Made by a program: the position numbers and the translations under genes. DNA of 64,000 bases from Candidatus Oxydemutatoraceae bacterium (lineage in GTDB: Bacteria; Pseudomonadota; Gammaproteobacteria; Poriferisulfidales; Oxydemutatoraceae), in the NCBI GenBank assembly GCA_965220085.1, contig CBDCOZ010000003.1, positions 224,001 through 288,000 of the forward strand. Direction: 5' to 3'. Every line of letters begins with the position of its first letter. Position 1 is the stretch's first letter. Shown here piece after piece: positions 8,803-18,923 of the stretch. Under the pieces are notes generated by a model. The model did no database searches, was not told the DNA's origin, and was given only the letters and a program-made list of their open reading frames with translations.

Positions 8803-9813
8803 ATGCAATACAAAAATATTTTCAAACTGGGTAGAAGCGTCGCAGTGCGGGCAACGGCTGTGCTGTCGGCACTATGCCTTCTGCTTCTCGCAAGTGTGGC
8901 AAACGCCGATTTGATCTATGTCTCTGACGAGAAAGACAATACGATCAGCGTCATAGATTCGGCTTCGCTGGAAGTAATTAAGACCATCAAAGTCGGTCAG
9001 CGTCCGCGCGGTATAGATCTGAGCAAAGACGGCAAGTATCTGTACATTTGCACCAGCGACGACGACCGCATTCAGATCCTTGATCTGGAGACGCACAAGC
9101 CGATAGGCGTGTTGCCTTCCGGCCCCGACCCCGAGTTGATGATTCTGTCTCCGGACGGTCAGTTCATATATGTTGCCAACGAGGACGACAACATGGTGTC
9201 CATCGTGGATATCGGCGCTGAGAAAGTCATCGCCGAGGTGCAGGTCGGTGTGGAGCCCGAAGGCATGGGCGTGAGTCCCGATGGCAAGGTGATCGTCAAC
9301 ACATCCGAGTCCACCAACATGGCGCACTTTATAGATGTCAAGACCCGCAAGGTGACTTCCAATGTGCTCGTCGGCGAGCGTCCGCGCATCGCCGAATTTA
9401 CCAAAGACGGCAAGCACGTCTGGGTATCGGCTGAGATCGGCGGCACCGTCAGCATCATTGATGCGGCGACACGGGAGATTGTCAAAACGATCAAGTTTGA
9501 GATTCCGGGGGTTGAGGAAGAAGCCATACAGCCGGTTGGCGTGCGCATTACCAAAGACGGCAAGCGCGCATTTGTCGCACTCGGCCCTGCCAGCCGCATT
9601 GCGGTGATAGACGCGCAGAAGCTGGAGGTCGAGAGATACCTGCTGGTCGGCTCGCGCGTGTGGCAGTTGGCGTTTGACCCGGCGGAAAAGCGGCTTTATA
9701 CGACCAACGGCACCAGCAATGATGTTTCGGTCATAGATGTGGAAAAGCTGAAAGTCATCAAGTCGGTTCCGGTCGGTCAATACCCGTGGGGTGTCATCGT
9801 CAAAGGCACGTAA
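8803..9813 (+). CDS. PQQ-catabolism-associated YVTN beta-propeller protein
   Basis: GGAGG RBS before ATG 8803; VGQRPRG, SGPDPE, VGVEPEGMG and YTTNGTSNDVSVID blades. Confidence 0.85.
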   Translation: MQYKNIFKLGRSVAVRATAVLSALCLLLLASVANADLIYVSDEKDNTISVIDSASLEVIKTIKVGQRPRGIDLSKDGKYLYICTSDDDRIQILDLETHKPIGVLPSGPDPELMILSPDGQFIYVANEDDNMVSIVDIGAEKVIAEVQVGVEPEGMGVSPDGKVIVNTSESTNMAHFIDVKTRKVTSNVLVGERPRIAEFTKDGKHVWVSAEIGGTVSIIDAATREIVKTIKFEIPGVEEEAIQPVGVRITKDGKRAFVALGPASRIAVIDAQKLEVERYLLVGSRVWQLAFDPAEKRLYTTNGTSNDVSVIDVEKLKVIKSVPVGQYPWGVIVKGT

Positions 9814-9892
9814 GTTGCGTATCCGCGGATGCGCGCGAACGGCTTGGCGGGTAAATTCTTCCGATTGACAGCGATTTGACGGCGGGCCTGAC

Positions 9893-10612
9893 GTGAAGCA
9901 AGCGGTACTGGAAGTTGACTCGCTGAGCTATTCGTACGGGGATAAGCCGGCGCTTCGCAACGTCAACTTCCGTATTGCGGCGGGCGAATTCGTCATCCTG
10001 CTGGGGCACAACGGGGCGGGGAAGACCACGCTGTTCTCCCTGCTGACCGGCCTCTACCACAGCCCGCAGGGGCGCATCGTCATATCGGGCTACGACATTA
10101 AAAAGCGCCTTGCCAGCGCCTTGCGCCACTTGGGCGTCGTGTTCCAGCAACGCTCGCTGGATGCCGATTTAAGCATCTGGCAAAATCTCAAGTACTCGGC
10201 CAGCTTGTATGGCATGTCGCCGGCGCAAGCGAAGGCGCGGGCGAATCAGGAGATTGAGCGCTTTGGCTTGAGTGACCGCATGAACGACAAAGTCAGGCAC
10301 CTGAGCGGCGGGCAAATCCGTCGCGTGGAGATCGCCCGTTCGCTGATGAGTCGTCCCGCCCTGTTGATTCTGGACGAGCCGACCTTCGGCCTGGATACCC
10401 GCAGTCGCGAAACTCTGATTACGCACGTGCGCGAGTTGTGCCGACAAGGGCTGGCGGTGTTGTGGACGACCCACTTGCTGGAGGAAGTGCAGCCGTCCGA
10501 TCGGGTGCTGATAATCAGTCAGGGGGCGTTGGAGAAAGATGCGCCGGTGACGGAAGTCGCCCCCGCCGATGACTTGGTGGCGATGCGCCAAAAGCTGGCG
10601 ACTTTCCTGTAG
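9893..10612 (+). CDS. ABC transporter ATP-binding protein
   Basis: GHNGAGKT Walker A, LSGGQ signature, LILDEP Walker B. Confidence 0.9.
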   Translation: MKQAVLEVDSLSYSYGDKPALRNVNFRIAAGEFVILLGHNGAGKTTLFSLLTGLYHSPQGRIVISGYDIKKRLASALRHLGVVFQQRSLDADLSIWQNLKYSASLYGMSPAQAKARANQEIERFGLSDRMNDKVRHLSGGQIRRVEIARSLMSRPALLILDEPTFGLDTRSRETLITHVRELCRQGLAVLWTTHLLEEVQPSDRVLIISQGALEKDAPVTEVAPADDLVAMRQKLATFL

Positions 10613-10856
10613 CATAGAGATTGGCAGCGTAAAATTTCCGCGAGGCAGAATCATGGCAGCAGTTGAGAATCCGCAGAAAAGAGATACCGGCTTGAGGCTG
10701 GCGATATGCCTCTATGGCAACGATGCGTCAAAAGCTGGCGACTTTCCTGTGGCATAGAGATGGCAGCGTAAAATTTCCGCGAGGCAGAATCATGGCAGCA
10801 GTTGAGAATCCGCAGAAAAGAGATACCGGCTTGAGGCTGGCGATATATCTCTATGC
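10581..10856. repeat. about 139-bp tandem duplication of the ATPase/permease junction
   Basis: The permease start ATGGCAGCAGTTGAG occurs at 10653 and 10792; the ATPase 3' end occurs twice. Confidence 0.9.
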
Positions 10857-11640
10857 GCTGGTCGGCATCACCGGACGCGAGTTGCTCCGTTTCTTGCAGC
10901 AGCGCGAGCGCTTCATCGCCGCTCTGGTTCGTCCTCTGGTGTGGCTGTTTATCTTTGCGGCAGGGTTTCGCTCGGTGCTCGGCGTGTCCATCATCCCGCC
11001 GTACCAGACCTATGTGCTGTATGAGGAATACATCGCCCCTGGCCTGATTGGAATGATACAACTGTTTAGCGGCATGCAGACCTCGCTTGCGATGGTGTAC
11101 GACCGCGAGATGGGGAGCATGCGCATTCTGCTGACCAGCCCCGCCCCGCGCTGGTTCCTGCTGGTCAGCAAGCTGTTTGCCGGCACGATGATTTCCATCG
11201 CCCAAGTCTATGTCTTTTTGTTCATCGCCTGGTTCTGGGAAATCCGCCCGCCGCTGGAGGGCTATATCGCCCTGTTTCCGGCGCTGCTATTGAGCGGTCT
11301 GATGCTGGGCTCGCTGGGGTTGTTCCTGTCGTCGGTCATCAAGCAGTTGGAGAACTTCGCCGGCATTATGAACTTCGTCATATTCCCGATGTTCTTTGCC
11401 TCATCGGCGCTGTACCCGCTGTGGCGGATGAAGGAGAGCAGCTTGTTGCTGTACAACATCTGCTCCTTCAACCCGTTTACCCACGCGGTGGAACTCCTGC
11501 GCTTCGCGCTCTATGCCGAGTTCAACCCGACCGCGTTTGTCATCGTATCCGTCACGAGCATCGTCTTCATCGCAATGGCGGTGTACGGCTATGACCCGTC
11601 GCGCGGCCTGCTCGGGACACGCCGCAAGAAAGCCGGCTAA
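10792..11640 (+). CDS. ABC-2 type permease of the PQQ-ADH-associated transporter
   Basis: MVYDREMGSMR, QLENFAGIMNFVIFPMFFASSALYP and NPFTHAVEL motifs. Confidence 0.88.
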   Translation: MAAVENPQKRDTGLRLAIYLYALVGITGRELLRFLQQRERFIAALVRPLVWLFIFAAGFRSVLGVSIIPPYQTYVLYEEYIAPGLIGMIQLFSGMQTSLAMVYDREMGSMRILLTSPAPRWFLLVSKLFAGTMISIAQVYVFLFIAWFWEIRPPLEGYIALFPALLLSGLMLGSLGLFLSSVIKQLENFAGIMNFVIFPMFFASSALYPLWRMKESSLLLYNICSFNPFTHAVELLRFALYAEFNPTAFVIVSVTSIVFIAMAVYGYDPSRGLLGTRRKKAG

Positions 11641-11860
11641 CGCGCGCTCCCCCCTGCCGAGCGCAAGTAGCGCTCCCCTTGCGGGGGGGGGGTCGGCAAG
11701 CGAAGGGCGAAGCCGCAATGCTACCGGCACAATCCCATTCCCTCGCGGGGGAGTCGGCAAACCAAGGGCGAAGCCCGCGAGTGCTACCGGCACAATCCCA
11801 TTCCCTCGCGGGGGAGTCGGCAAGCGAAGGGCGAAGCCCGCGGGCGCACCGAGAGAGGGA
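11641..11860. repeat. REP-like palindromic element cluster with a 63-bp tandem duplication
   Basis: Three copies of CCC(T)..GCGGGGGAG-TCGGCAA..AAGGGCGAAGCC. Confidence 0.8.
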
Positions 11861-11882
11861 GCAAGTTCTAGCGCCACGCACA

Positions 11883-12303
11883 CTTATAAAGTAGGTCCTG
11901 ATTCTCTTTAAAAGCACTCTGAACTTCTAAAGAAACTTTATTTTCTCCGCCAACTTATAAAGCAAACCCTGATTCTCTTTAAAAGCACTCTGAGTTTCTA
12001 AAGAAACTTTATTTTCTCCGCCAACTTATAAAGCAAACCCTGATTCTCTTTAAAAGCACTCTGAGTTTCTAAAGAGACTTTATTTTCTCCGCCAACTTAT
12101 AAAGCAAACCCTGATTCTCTTTAAAAGCACTCTGAGTTTCTAAAGAAACTTTATTTTCTCCGCCAACTTATAAAGCAAACCCTGATTCTCTTTAAAAGCA
12201 CTCTGAGTTTCTAAAGAAACTTTATTTTCTCCGCCAACTTATAAAGCAAACCCTGATTATCTTTAAAAGCACCCTGAACTTCTAAAGAAACTTTACTTTC
12301 TCT
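11883..12303. repeat. six tandem copies of a 71-bp AT-rich unit
   Basis: Units start at 11883, 11954, 12025, 12096, 12167 and 12238; inner copies are nearly identical. Confidence 0.95.
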
Positions 12304-12344
12304 GAGAACTATTAAAGATAAAGTCGGTTTTCTTTAAAGGGCGC

Positions 12345-12350
12345 TACAAT
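12345..12350 (+). promoter_or_regulatory. candidate -10 box (TACAAT) for a leaderless fic transcript
   Basis: TACAAT ends 7 nt before ATG 12358 and no Shine-Dalgarno sequence is present. Confidence 0.45.
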
Positions 12351-12357
12351 CGCGCAC

Positions 12358-13554
12358 ATGAGTTCCTCGCATAGACCTGCCGCTATCCCGGCCCACGGAG
12401 CAGAAGTCTCCGCAATAGTTCGTGGCGAGCGGCGCATGGCTTTTGTGCCAAAGCCGCTGTCGGCGTTGCCGTCGCCTGATTGGGCGGCGCTAATGCCCGC
12501 ACTGGGGGAAACGAATCGCGCGGTCGGGGCGTTGCGGAGTATTCGCAACCTCCTTCCTAATTCCGATTATTTCTTGGAAGGGTGCGTGCGGCGCGAGGCA
12601 TTGTTTTCGTCACAGGTGGAAGGAACCCAGTCGTCGCTGGATGATTTGTTGCTGGATGAGGGCGGCGAGCACAAATCGGTTGCCGGCAAGAACACGCAGG
12701 ACGATGACCGCGCCGAGACTTCCAACTATGTGGCGGCGCTAAAAAGCGGCATGGAGCATTTGCGCGAAGAAATCCCCGGCAGCTTGCCATTGTCCCTGCG
12801 CCTGTTACGCAATCTGCACGCGACATTGTTGCAAAGCGGACGCGGAGCGAAAAGGAATCCCGGCGAATTCAGGCGCGACCAAAATTGGATAGGCGATTAC
12901 GCGCACGTCCCGCCGCCGCCGGACAAGGTGGAAAAATGTATGGGGGAATTAGAACGGTTTGTCGCCATGCCGGATAAGAAGCTGGATCCGCTTATCCGCG
13001 CGGGGATGGCGCATGCGCAGTTTGAAACCATCCACCCGTTTTTGGACGGCAACGGGCGGATGGGGCGGTTGCTCGTCGTGCTCATGCTTATCAACGAGGG
13101 GGCGCTGGACGACCCGTGGCTGTATATCAGCTTGCCGATTAAGAATAGTCGGCGGGAATACTACGACCATTTGCAGTCCACACGGACTACGGGCGATTGG
13201 ACGGGCTGGCTGCTGTATTTTTTGCGGGTTATTGCCGAGGCTGCCAAAGACGCGCAGGAGACCGCCCAAGACGCGGATGAGTTGTTTCGCCGAGACGACA
13301 AAAACATCATCGAGAAAATAGGCGTTCAGAGTCCTGCCGTTGCCGCCGTCCACAAGGCATTGCAGCTGTTCCCTATTTCATCCATCCCTCGGCTGGAAAA
13401 GGTGACGCAATTTTCTCAGCCGAGTATTAAGAGTGCGTTAGAGCGCCTTGCTAATATTGGAATGGTTCGTCCTTTTGACGAGCGGAGCTGGCGCAAACGG
13501 TTTGTCTATCACGAGTATATGGAAATTCTTCGCCGCGGCAGCGAACCGCTGTGA
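12358..13554 (+). CDS. Fic family protein with N-terminal inhibitory motif and C-terminal HTH-like region
   Basis: HPFLDGNGRMGR catalytic motif; SSQVEG (S/T)xxxE(G/N)-type motif. Confidence 0.92.
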   Translation: MSSSHRPAAIPAHGAEVSAIVRGERRMAFVPKPLSALPSPDWAALMPALGETNRAVGALRSIRNLLPNSDYFLEGCVRREALFSSQVEGTQSSLDDLLLDEGGEHKSVAGKNTQDDDRAETSNYVAALKSGMEHLREEIPGSLPLSLRLLRNLHATLLQSGRGAKRNPGEFRRDQNWIGDYAHVPPPPDKVEKCMGELERFVAMPDKKLDPLIRAGMAHAQFETIHPFLDGNGRMGRLLVVLMLINEGALDDPWLYISLPIKNSRREYYDHLQSTRTTGDWTGWLLYFLRVIAEAAKDAQETAQDADELFRRDDKNIIEKIGVQSPAVAAVHKALQLFPISSIPRLEKVTQFSQPSIKSALERLANIGMVRPFDERSWRKRFVYHEYMEILRRGSEPL

Positions 13555-13829
13555 GAGCGGGGTTAGCGCCGTGCGCACGCTCCCCTTTGCGGAGGAGTCG
13601 CAAGGCAAGGGCGAAGGGCGAAGCCCGTAGCGCAGGCGCACCGAAGAGGGACGGGATGGTTGCCTCATCTGCCGCATCCATTCGCGAAGCCCGCAAGTGC
13701 CGGAGAGGGTGGCTTTGACAAGCTTCTCTGCCGCTCATCCCCCGCTTGATAACCGTTCGTCCTATCCGACAATAAATCCTTCGTTTAATGTGATAGAATC
13801 AAATTTTATCTAGGCAAACCTTTATTTTA

Positions 13830-15329
13830 ATGAAACTTACCGTAGAAAACTTTGGCCCTATTCGCGAAGCCAAAAATATCGAAGTCAAACCGATGACTGT
13901 CTTCGTCGGGCCCAGCAATAGCGGCAAGTCGTATATGGCTATGTTGATTTATGCCACCATCGAGAGTTTGCCCTTTCCCTCAAAAGGCTATATAGAGGGC
14001 TGCATTGATTGGATGTTTGGCGATAATCAATTACTCTCCGACCATACCTCGGCATTATTTGATTACACCTCAAAGATAATATCGGCATGCGCAGATTCAA
14101 GCGAAGCCGATGCATGTCGGGCGATCGGCGAATATTTCAAAAGTTTCGCTGTCGCAGTTAGTGCGACATGGAGAGAGAAGGCGCTACATTGCTTCGGCGA
14201 GGAGGGAGCTAATCTTCTTGAGGGAGCCAGTGTCAAAGTGTCAGGCGGTTCGCCGCGCAATCTGGAAATTGATTTGACGAACCCCGAAGCAAGCAAGATT
14301 TCAAAGAAAATTCTAAGCGCAACGTATCGGGGTGTGAAAGAGATAATTGACAAGAAATTGCAAAAGTCGGGTTTAGGTGTCGGGGCATCGACTACACCCG
14401 AACGAGATGACATGGCCGTTATATTTAATGAGTTGGGCAAGACAGTATTGGCATTCATAGTATTTAATAAGCTTTTAAATCTTCTATACGGCAGAAAACC
14501 GCAAGACACTTTAAAAACTGCTAACGGTAACTCTCGCTCTCGTCGGAAACAGGTTCGCTCGGAAGTTTACTATCTGCCCGCTATTCGCGGCGACATTATT
14601 CAAAGCCATAGGATATTTCTCAGCGCTTTGATTAGTGCGGGAACAAAGCGGATGACACTGCCTTTGTTTAATGGGGTGCTGGCAGATTTCATGGAACAAC
14701 TCATTTCCATCAGACCTCAACCCGAATCTTCCGACAAGGTGATAGCCAGTGTTGCAAAGGAGATAGAAACAAAAACCCTGGCAGGCAAGATCGAAGTGAT
14801 TCCATCATCTGAGAACGGCCCGCCGGATTTTCAATACTCTTTTCGATCAAACGGGAGCAGCAAAGAGTTATCTTTGATGAACGCCTCTTCCTCGGTGTCG
14901 GAATTGGCTTCGGTTGTTCTTTTTATAAAAAACCGACTGTCGCCCGGAGACTATTTCATCTTAGAAGAGCCCGAGGCCCACCTGCACCCCAAGGCGCAAC
15001 GAGAGATATCGATTATGCTGGCAAAACTTGTCGATGCGGGGGTCCATGTCCTGATAACTACGCATAGTGACATCGTGTCCGAACAAGTCAGCAATTTCAT
15101 CTATGCCGCAAAAGCATCCGACAAGAAAGTACAGAACATCGCGGAGGAAAGTTGCGCGATTTATCTTTTTGATAAGTCCAATACCGGCAAAACCAAAGTC
15201 AAAAATGTGCCTTTTGATTTGGAAGATGGTTATGTAACCGAGGATCACATGAAAGTGCATTCTGATTTATACAACGAGACCGCCTCCTTAATAAGTTCGG
15301 TGAGCAGACAGGTCCATGACGGCGATTAA
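13830..15329 (+). CDS. ABC-type (AAA_15/AAA_21-like) ATPase, copy 1
   Basis: ENFGPI, GPSNSGKS, YLPAIR, SSSVSEL, ILEEPEAHLHP and TTHS motifs. Confidence 0.88.
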   Translation: MKLTVENFGPIREAKNIEVKPMTVFVGPSNSGKSYMAMLIYATIESLPFPSKGYIEGCIDWMFGDNQLLSDHTSALFDYTSKIISACADSSEADACRAIGEYFKSFAVAVSATWREKALHCFGEEGANLLEGASVKVSGGSPRNLEIDLTNPEASKISKKILSATYRGVKEIIDKKLQKSGLGVGASTTPERDDMAVIFNELGKTVLAFIVFNKLLNLLYGRKPQDTLKTANGNSRSRRKQVRSEVYYLPAIRGDIIQSHRIFLSALISAGTKRMTLPLFNGVLADFMEQLISIRPQPESSDKVIASVAKEIETKTLAGKIEVIPSSENGPPDFQYSFRSNGSSKELSLMNASSSVSELASVVLFIKNRLSPGDYFILEEPEAHLHPKAQREISIMLAKLVDAGVHVLITTHSDIVSEQVSNFIYAAKASDKKVQNIAEESCAIYLFDKSNTGKTKVKNVPFDLEDGYVTEDHMKVHSDLYNETASLISSVSRQVHDGD

Positions 15330-15858
15330 AGATGCATTGCGTAGCCGGTATTCCCAGGCGATAGAACGAGAGCCGCCGGACGAGGCCTACAAGGTAAAAA
15401 ATCAAGGTGCGCCGAAAATTTTCAGTCTGGATAAGATCCATAAAAAGATTTCCGCCAGTGTTCGGCGCAGTGACCCTCAACGTAAATTTCGCATCACCGG
15501 TATGGGGGCAAAGCGTTGCGATGATCTCGTGGTTTTGCATTTTGATAAACACAAAAAGACCGGGTTCTATGTCATTGAGCGAAAAACGAACCCGCCAATG
15601 TCAGAGGTGGATGAAGTCAGGAAACAATTGCAAGGAGGAGTGCATTTTATAGAGGACTTTATTCACAATAATCCGGAATTGCACCAAGAGCCCTTTGACT
15701 TCCTGCCTGTTCTGGTGAGTAATAAAATCTCCAGTCGCTACGTAAAGAAGCAACTAAAACAGCAGATTACATCCAATATGTGCTCACCTCAACCAATACA
15801 GCATGTTTCCAAAGGAAAATTTCTTCCCCCTGATTTAATAGGCCTGCTTAAGTCCTAA
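15316..15858 (+). CDS. ATPase partner protein, possible PD-(D/E)xK nuclease fold
   Basis: Overlaps the ATPase stop; KRCDDLVV...YVIERK...QLQGG pattern. Confidence 0.6.
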   Translation: MTAIKDALRSRYSQAIEREPPDEAYKVKNQGAPKIFSLDKIHKKISASVRRSDPQRKFRITGMGAKRCDDLVVLHFDKHKKTGFYVIERKTNPPMSEVDEVRKQLQGGVHFIEDFIHNNPELHQEPFDFLPVLVSNKISSRYVKKQLKQQITSNMCSPQPIQHVSKGKFLPPDLIGLLKS

Positions 15859-16134
15859 TTAAAGTTTCCGGTCAGCACTGCACACACGCTCCCTTCATGG
15901 GAGAGTTGGCAAGCGAAGGGCGAAGCCCGTAGCGCAGGCGGAATCCCGTTGTCTGTGAACACTTTCCCCGACCCGTAGCCCATAGCCCGTAGCGCAGGTG
16001 CGCTAGAGAGGGGGTGACTTTGACAAGCTTCTCTGCCGCTCATCTCTTATTTAATACCGTTCATCCTATCCGACAACAAATCCCTTATTTGATGTGATAG
16101 AATCCAACTCAATCTAAGCAACACCTTTATTCTA

Positions 16135-17649
16135 ATGAAATTTACCGTACAAAACTTTGGCCCCATTCGCGAAGCCAAAAATATTGAAGTCAAACCGATG
16201 ACTGTCTTTGTCGGCCCCGGCAATGGCGGCAAGTCGTATATGGCCATGCTGATTTATGCCGCTATCAAGAGTTTGTTCTATGATTCGGAAGACTACATTT
16301 CTTGGTCGATGCGGGGGGACGCTCAATCATCAAACCATGTCCGAAAGATAGTGTTGGCATGCGCGGACTCAAACGAAGCCGATGCTTGTCGGGCGATCGG
16401 CGAGTATTTCAAAGTCTTCGCTGCCACGATTAGCGAAGCATGGAAAGAGAAGGCGCAACATTGCTTCGGCGAGGAGGGGCCCCATTTTCTTGAGAGCGCC
16501 AGCATCAAAGTGGCCGGCAGTCCGCCGCACAATTTGGAGATTAATCTGACCGACCCCCAAGCAAGCAAGGCTTCAAAGAAAACCCTCGGCTCGATTTATC
16601 GGGCTATAAAAAACACCATTGATGAGGAATTGCAAAACCCTCATTTGGATGTCGCAGGCTTGAATGCGCCCGAACAAGAAGATGACAATGTTTTTGCGAC
16701 AGACAAAGAGGCTTTTGCGCAAGGGCTGATTATGCTTAAGTTGGACATGGGCGTGGCATGGAGGTTGTCTGATATGTTTTTGGATGCTCTGTGCGGCGGA
16801 GCCCCGCAAGACACAGCAAAAGATTTTGGCGGTCGCCCCCGCTCTCGCCGATGGGGTGACTTGGAAGCTTACTATCTGCCTGCTATTCGCGGTGATATCA
16901 TTCACAGCTATAGGATATTTCTCAGCGCTTTGATTCGTGCGGGCACAAAGCGATCGAAACTGCCTTCGTTTAATGGGGTGCTGGAAGATTTCATGGAACA
17001 ACTCATTTCCATCAAGCCTCGCTCTGAAGCCATAGCTCCCTTCCAAGAAAAGCGTGAGGCTATAATCAGTGTTGCCGAGGAGATAGAAACAAAGACCCTG
17101 GCGGGCAAGATCAAAGTCATTCCATCGCACAGAAACGGCCCGCCGGATTTCCAATACTCTTTTCAATCAAACGGGAGCAGCAAAGAGTTGTCTTTGATGA
17201 AGGCCTCTTCCTCAGTGTCGGAATTGGCTGCGGTTGTTCTTTTTATAAAAAACCGACTGTCGCCCGGAGACTATTTCATCTTAGAAGAGCCCGAGGCCCA
17301 CCTGCACCCCAAGGCACAACGAGAGATATCGATCATGCTGGCAAAACTTGTCGATGCGGGGGTTCATGTCCTGATAACTACGCATAGCGACATCGTGTCC
17401 GAACAAGTCGGCAATTTCATCTATGCCGCAAAAGTATCCGACAAGAAAGTGCAGAACATTCCGGAGGAAAATTGCGCGATTTATCTTTTTGATAAGTCCG
17501 ATACCGGCGAGACCAAAGTCAAAAATGTGCCTTTTGATTTGGAAGATGGTTATGTAACCGAAGATCACATGAAAGTGCATTCTGATTTATACAACGAGAC
17601 CGCCTCCTTAATAAGTTCGGTGAGCAGACAGGTCCATGACGGCGATTAA
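16135..17649 (+). CDS. ABC-type (AAA_15/AAA_21-like) ATPase, copy 2
   Basis: Same motifs as copy 1; near-identical N- and C-termini, divergent middle. Confidence 0.88.
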   Translation: MKFTVQNFGPIREAKNIEVKPMTVFVGPGNGGKSYMAMLIYAAIKSLFYDSEDYISWSMRGDAQSSNHVRKIVLACADSNEADACRAIGEYFKVFAATISEAWKEKAQHCFGEEGPHFLESASIKVAGSPPHNLEINLTDPQASKASKKTLGSIYRAIKNTIDEELQNPHLDVAGLNAPEQEDDNVFATDKEAFAQGLIMLKLDMGVAWRLSDMFLDALCGGAPQDTAKDFGGRPRSRRWGDLEAYYLPAIRGDIIHSYRIFLSALIRAGTKRSKLPSFNGVLEDFMEQLISIKPRSEAIAPFQEKREAIISVAEEIETKTLAGKIKVIPSHRNGPPDFQYSFQSNGSSKELSLMKASSSVSELAAVVLFIKNRLSPGDYFILEEPEAHLHPKAQREISIMLAKLVDAGVHVLITTHSDIVSEQVGNFIYAAKVSDKKVQNIPEENCAIYLFDKSDTGETKVKNVPFDLEDGYVTEDHMKVHSDLYNETASLISSVSRQVHDGD

Positions 17650-17786
17650 AGACATACGCATGGGAGAGTCGGCAAGCCAAGGGGGCTGACTAGCACATAG
17701 CCTGGCGGTAGCCACGCCTAAGAAGCCACAACCAACCGAAGAGCCTACAAACAATTTAAGAAGTCACAAACAACTGAGTGTTGTTT

Positions 17787-17876
17787 GTGCTCCCATTACG
17801 TGCTCCCATTACGTGCTCCCATTACGTGCTCCCATTACGTGCTCCCATTACGTGCTCCCATTACGTGTTCCATAAC
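17787..17876. repeat. 13-bp tandem repeat GTGCTCCCATTAC x6 plus one degenerate copy
   Basis: Read directly; preceded by the CACAAACAA-N7-TTGTTTGTG palindrome at 17765. Confidence 0.95.
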
Positions 17877-18131
17877 ACTATCGCACCATCCCCGCAGGCG
17901 CACCAGAGAAGGGAAGCGCGAGTCGGAAGTTTCCCCTCACCGCATCGCTCCCGCCCATCGCCTTGGGCTCCGCCGCCAAATAACACGCCCGCTATGGGTT
18001 AAGCAGGGGCATCGCCCATCGCTCCCGCTCATGGCTTGGGCTCCGCCGCTCCCCTCACGGGGGAGTCGGCAAAGAAAAAAGCCGCAACGATGGCGCCGCC
18101 CGCTCTCCCGCCGGGGGAGCGGGTTCGGCAT

Positions 18132-18503
18132 TCACTTGAGGGTTTTCAGGTAGGCGGTGAGGTCGGCGATTTGCTTGTCGTCCTTGAGGCCGATGAAGAT
18201 CATTCGTGTGCCTTTGATAAAGCTTCTCGGGCTCTTTAGAAACTCGGCGATGGACTCGTCGTTCCAGACGACACCGGCTTCTTTCATTGCCGGGGAGTAC
18301 AGCTTGAAGCTCTCCAGCGTTCCGGACTTGCGACCGACAACATTGAAAAGGCTGGGGCCGACTTTGGGCACATCTTTCTCTACGGAGTGGCAGGCCCCGC
18401 ATTTGACGAAGACTTTTTTGCCATTCTCCACATCGCCTGCCATCGCAACGGGGGCGACTAAAAAAGTCATAAGCATGATAACGGATGAAATAACAATACG
18501 CAT
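18132..18503 (-). CDS. class I cytochrome c (c2-like)
   Basis: Signal peptide MRIVISSVIM..., CGACH heme motif, GPSL, GTRM.F.GLK. Confidence 0.92.
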   Translation of the reverse strand: MRIVISSVIMLMTFLVAPVAMAGDVENGKKVFVKCGACHSVEKDVPKVGPSLFNVVGRKSGTLESFKLYSPAMKEAGVVWNDESIAEFLKSPRSFIKGTRMIFIGLKDDKQIADLTAYLKTLK

Positions 18504-18923
18504 TTTTTTCTCTTTCTCTTGTTTGTGAATCTGAAAATTCGGCGCGGTCGCTCGGACCGACAAGCCCCCATTATATACACACGGGAGGCTTGCGGCGGGC
18601 GAGCCTCGGGGGAAGGGCGGGCTTGCCCTTCGCAGGCGTTGCGCGCCGACTCTGCTGCGAGGGGAGCGTGATGCGCTGTGCGCAAGGAGGGATGTCATCC
18701 GGTGTTGCGGATTTGCAACGCTTCGGGGCGGGCATAAATGCTTGTAAGGCCAATGAAAACGGGATTGCCCTTGCAAAGGCCGGTGTTTGCGCCGGCGGTG
18801 TGACAACATCCGGCGGGGCGGGCTCCCTGTATAATTATTGCAACTTTTTAACGGGCGCTGGAGCGGTGTGGGGCGGTTATGTCGCACATGAGCAACAGGC
18901 CCCTAAATCATAAGGAGTGATTT

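Noticed and set aside
11883-12303. CRISPR array
   Set aside because: The whole 71-bp unit repeats, there are no unique spacers, and no cas genes are in the window.
18504-18887. Long N-terminal extension of cytochrome c (likewise the extended ORF starts at 8644, 26198, 30026, 35154, 61831, 62681, 63440)
   Set aside because: Downstream ATGs with RBS, signal peptide or operon overlap fit better; the extensions run through repeats or neighbouring genes.
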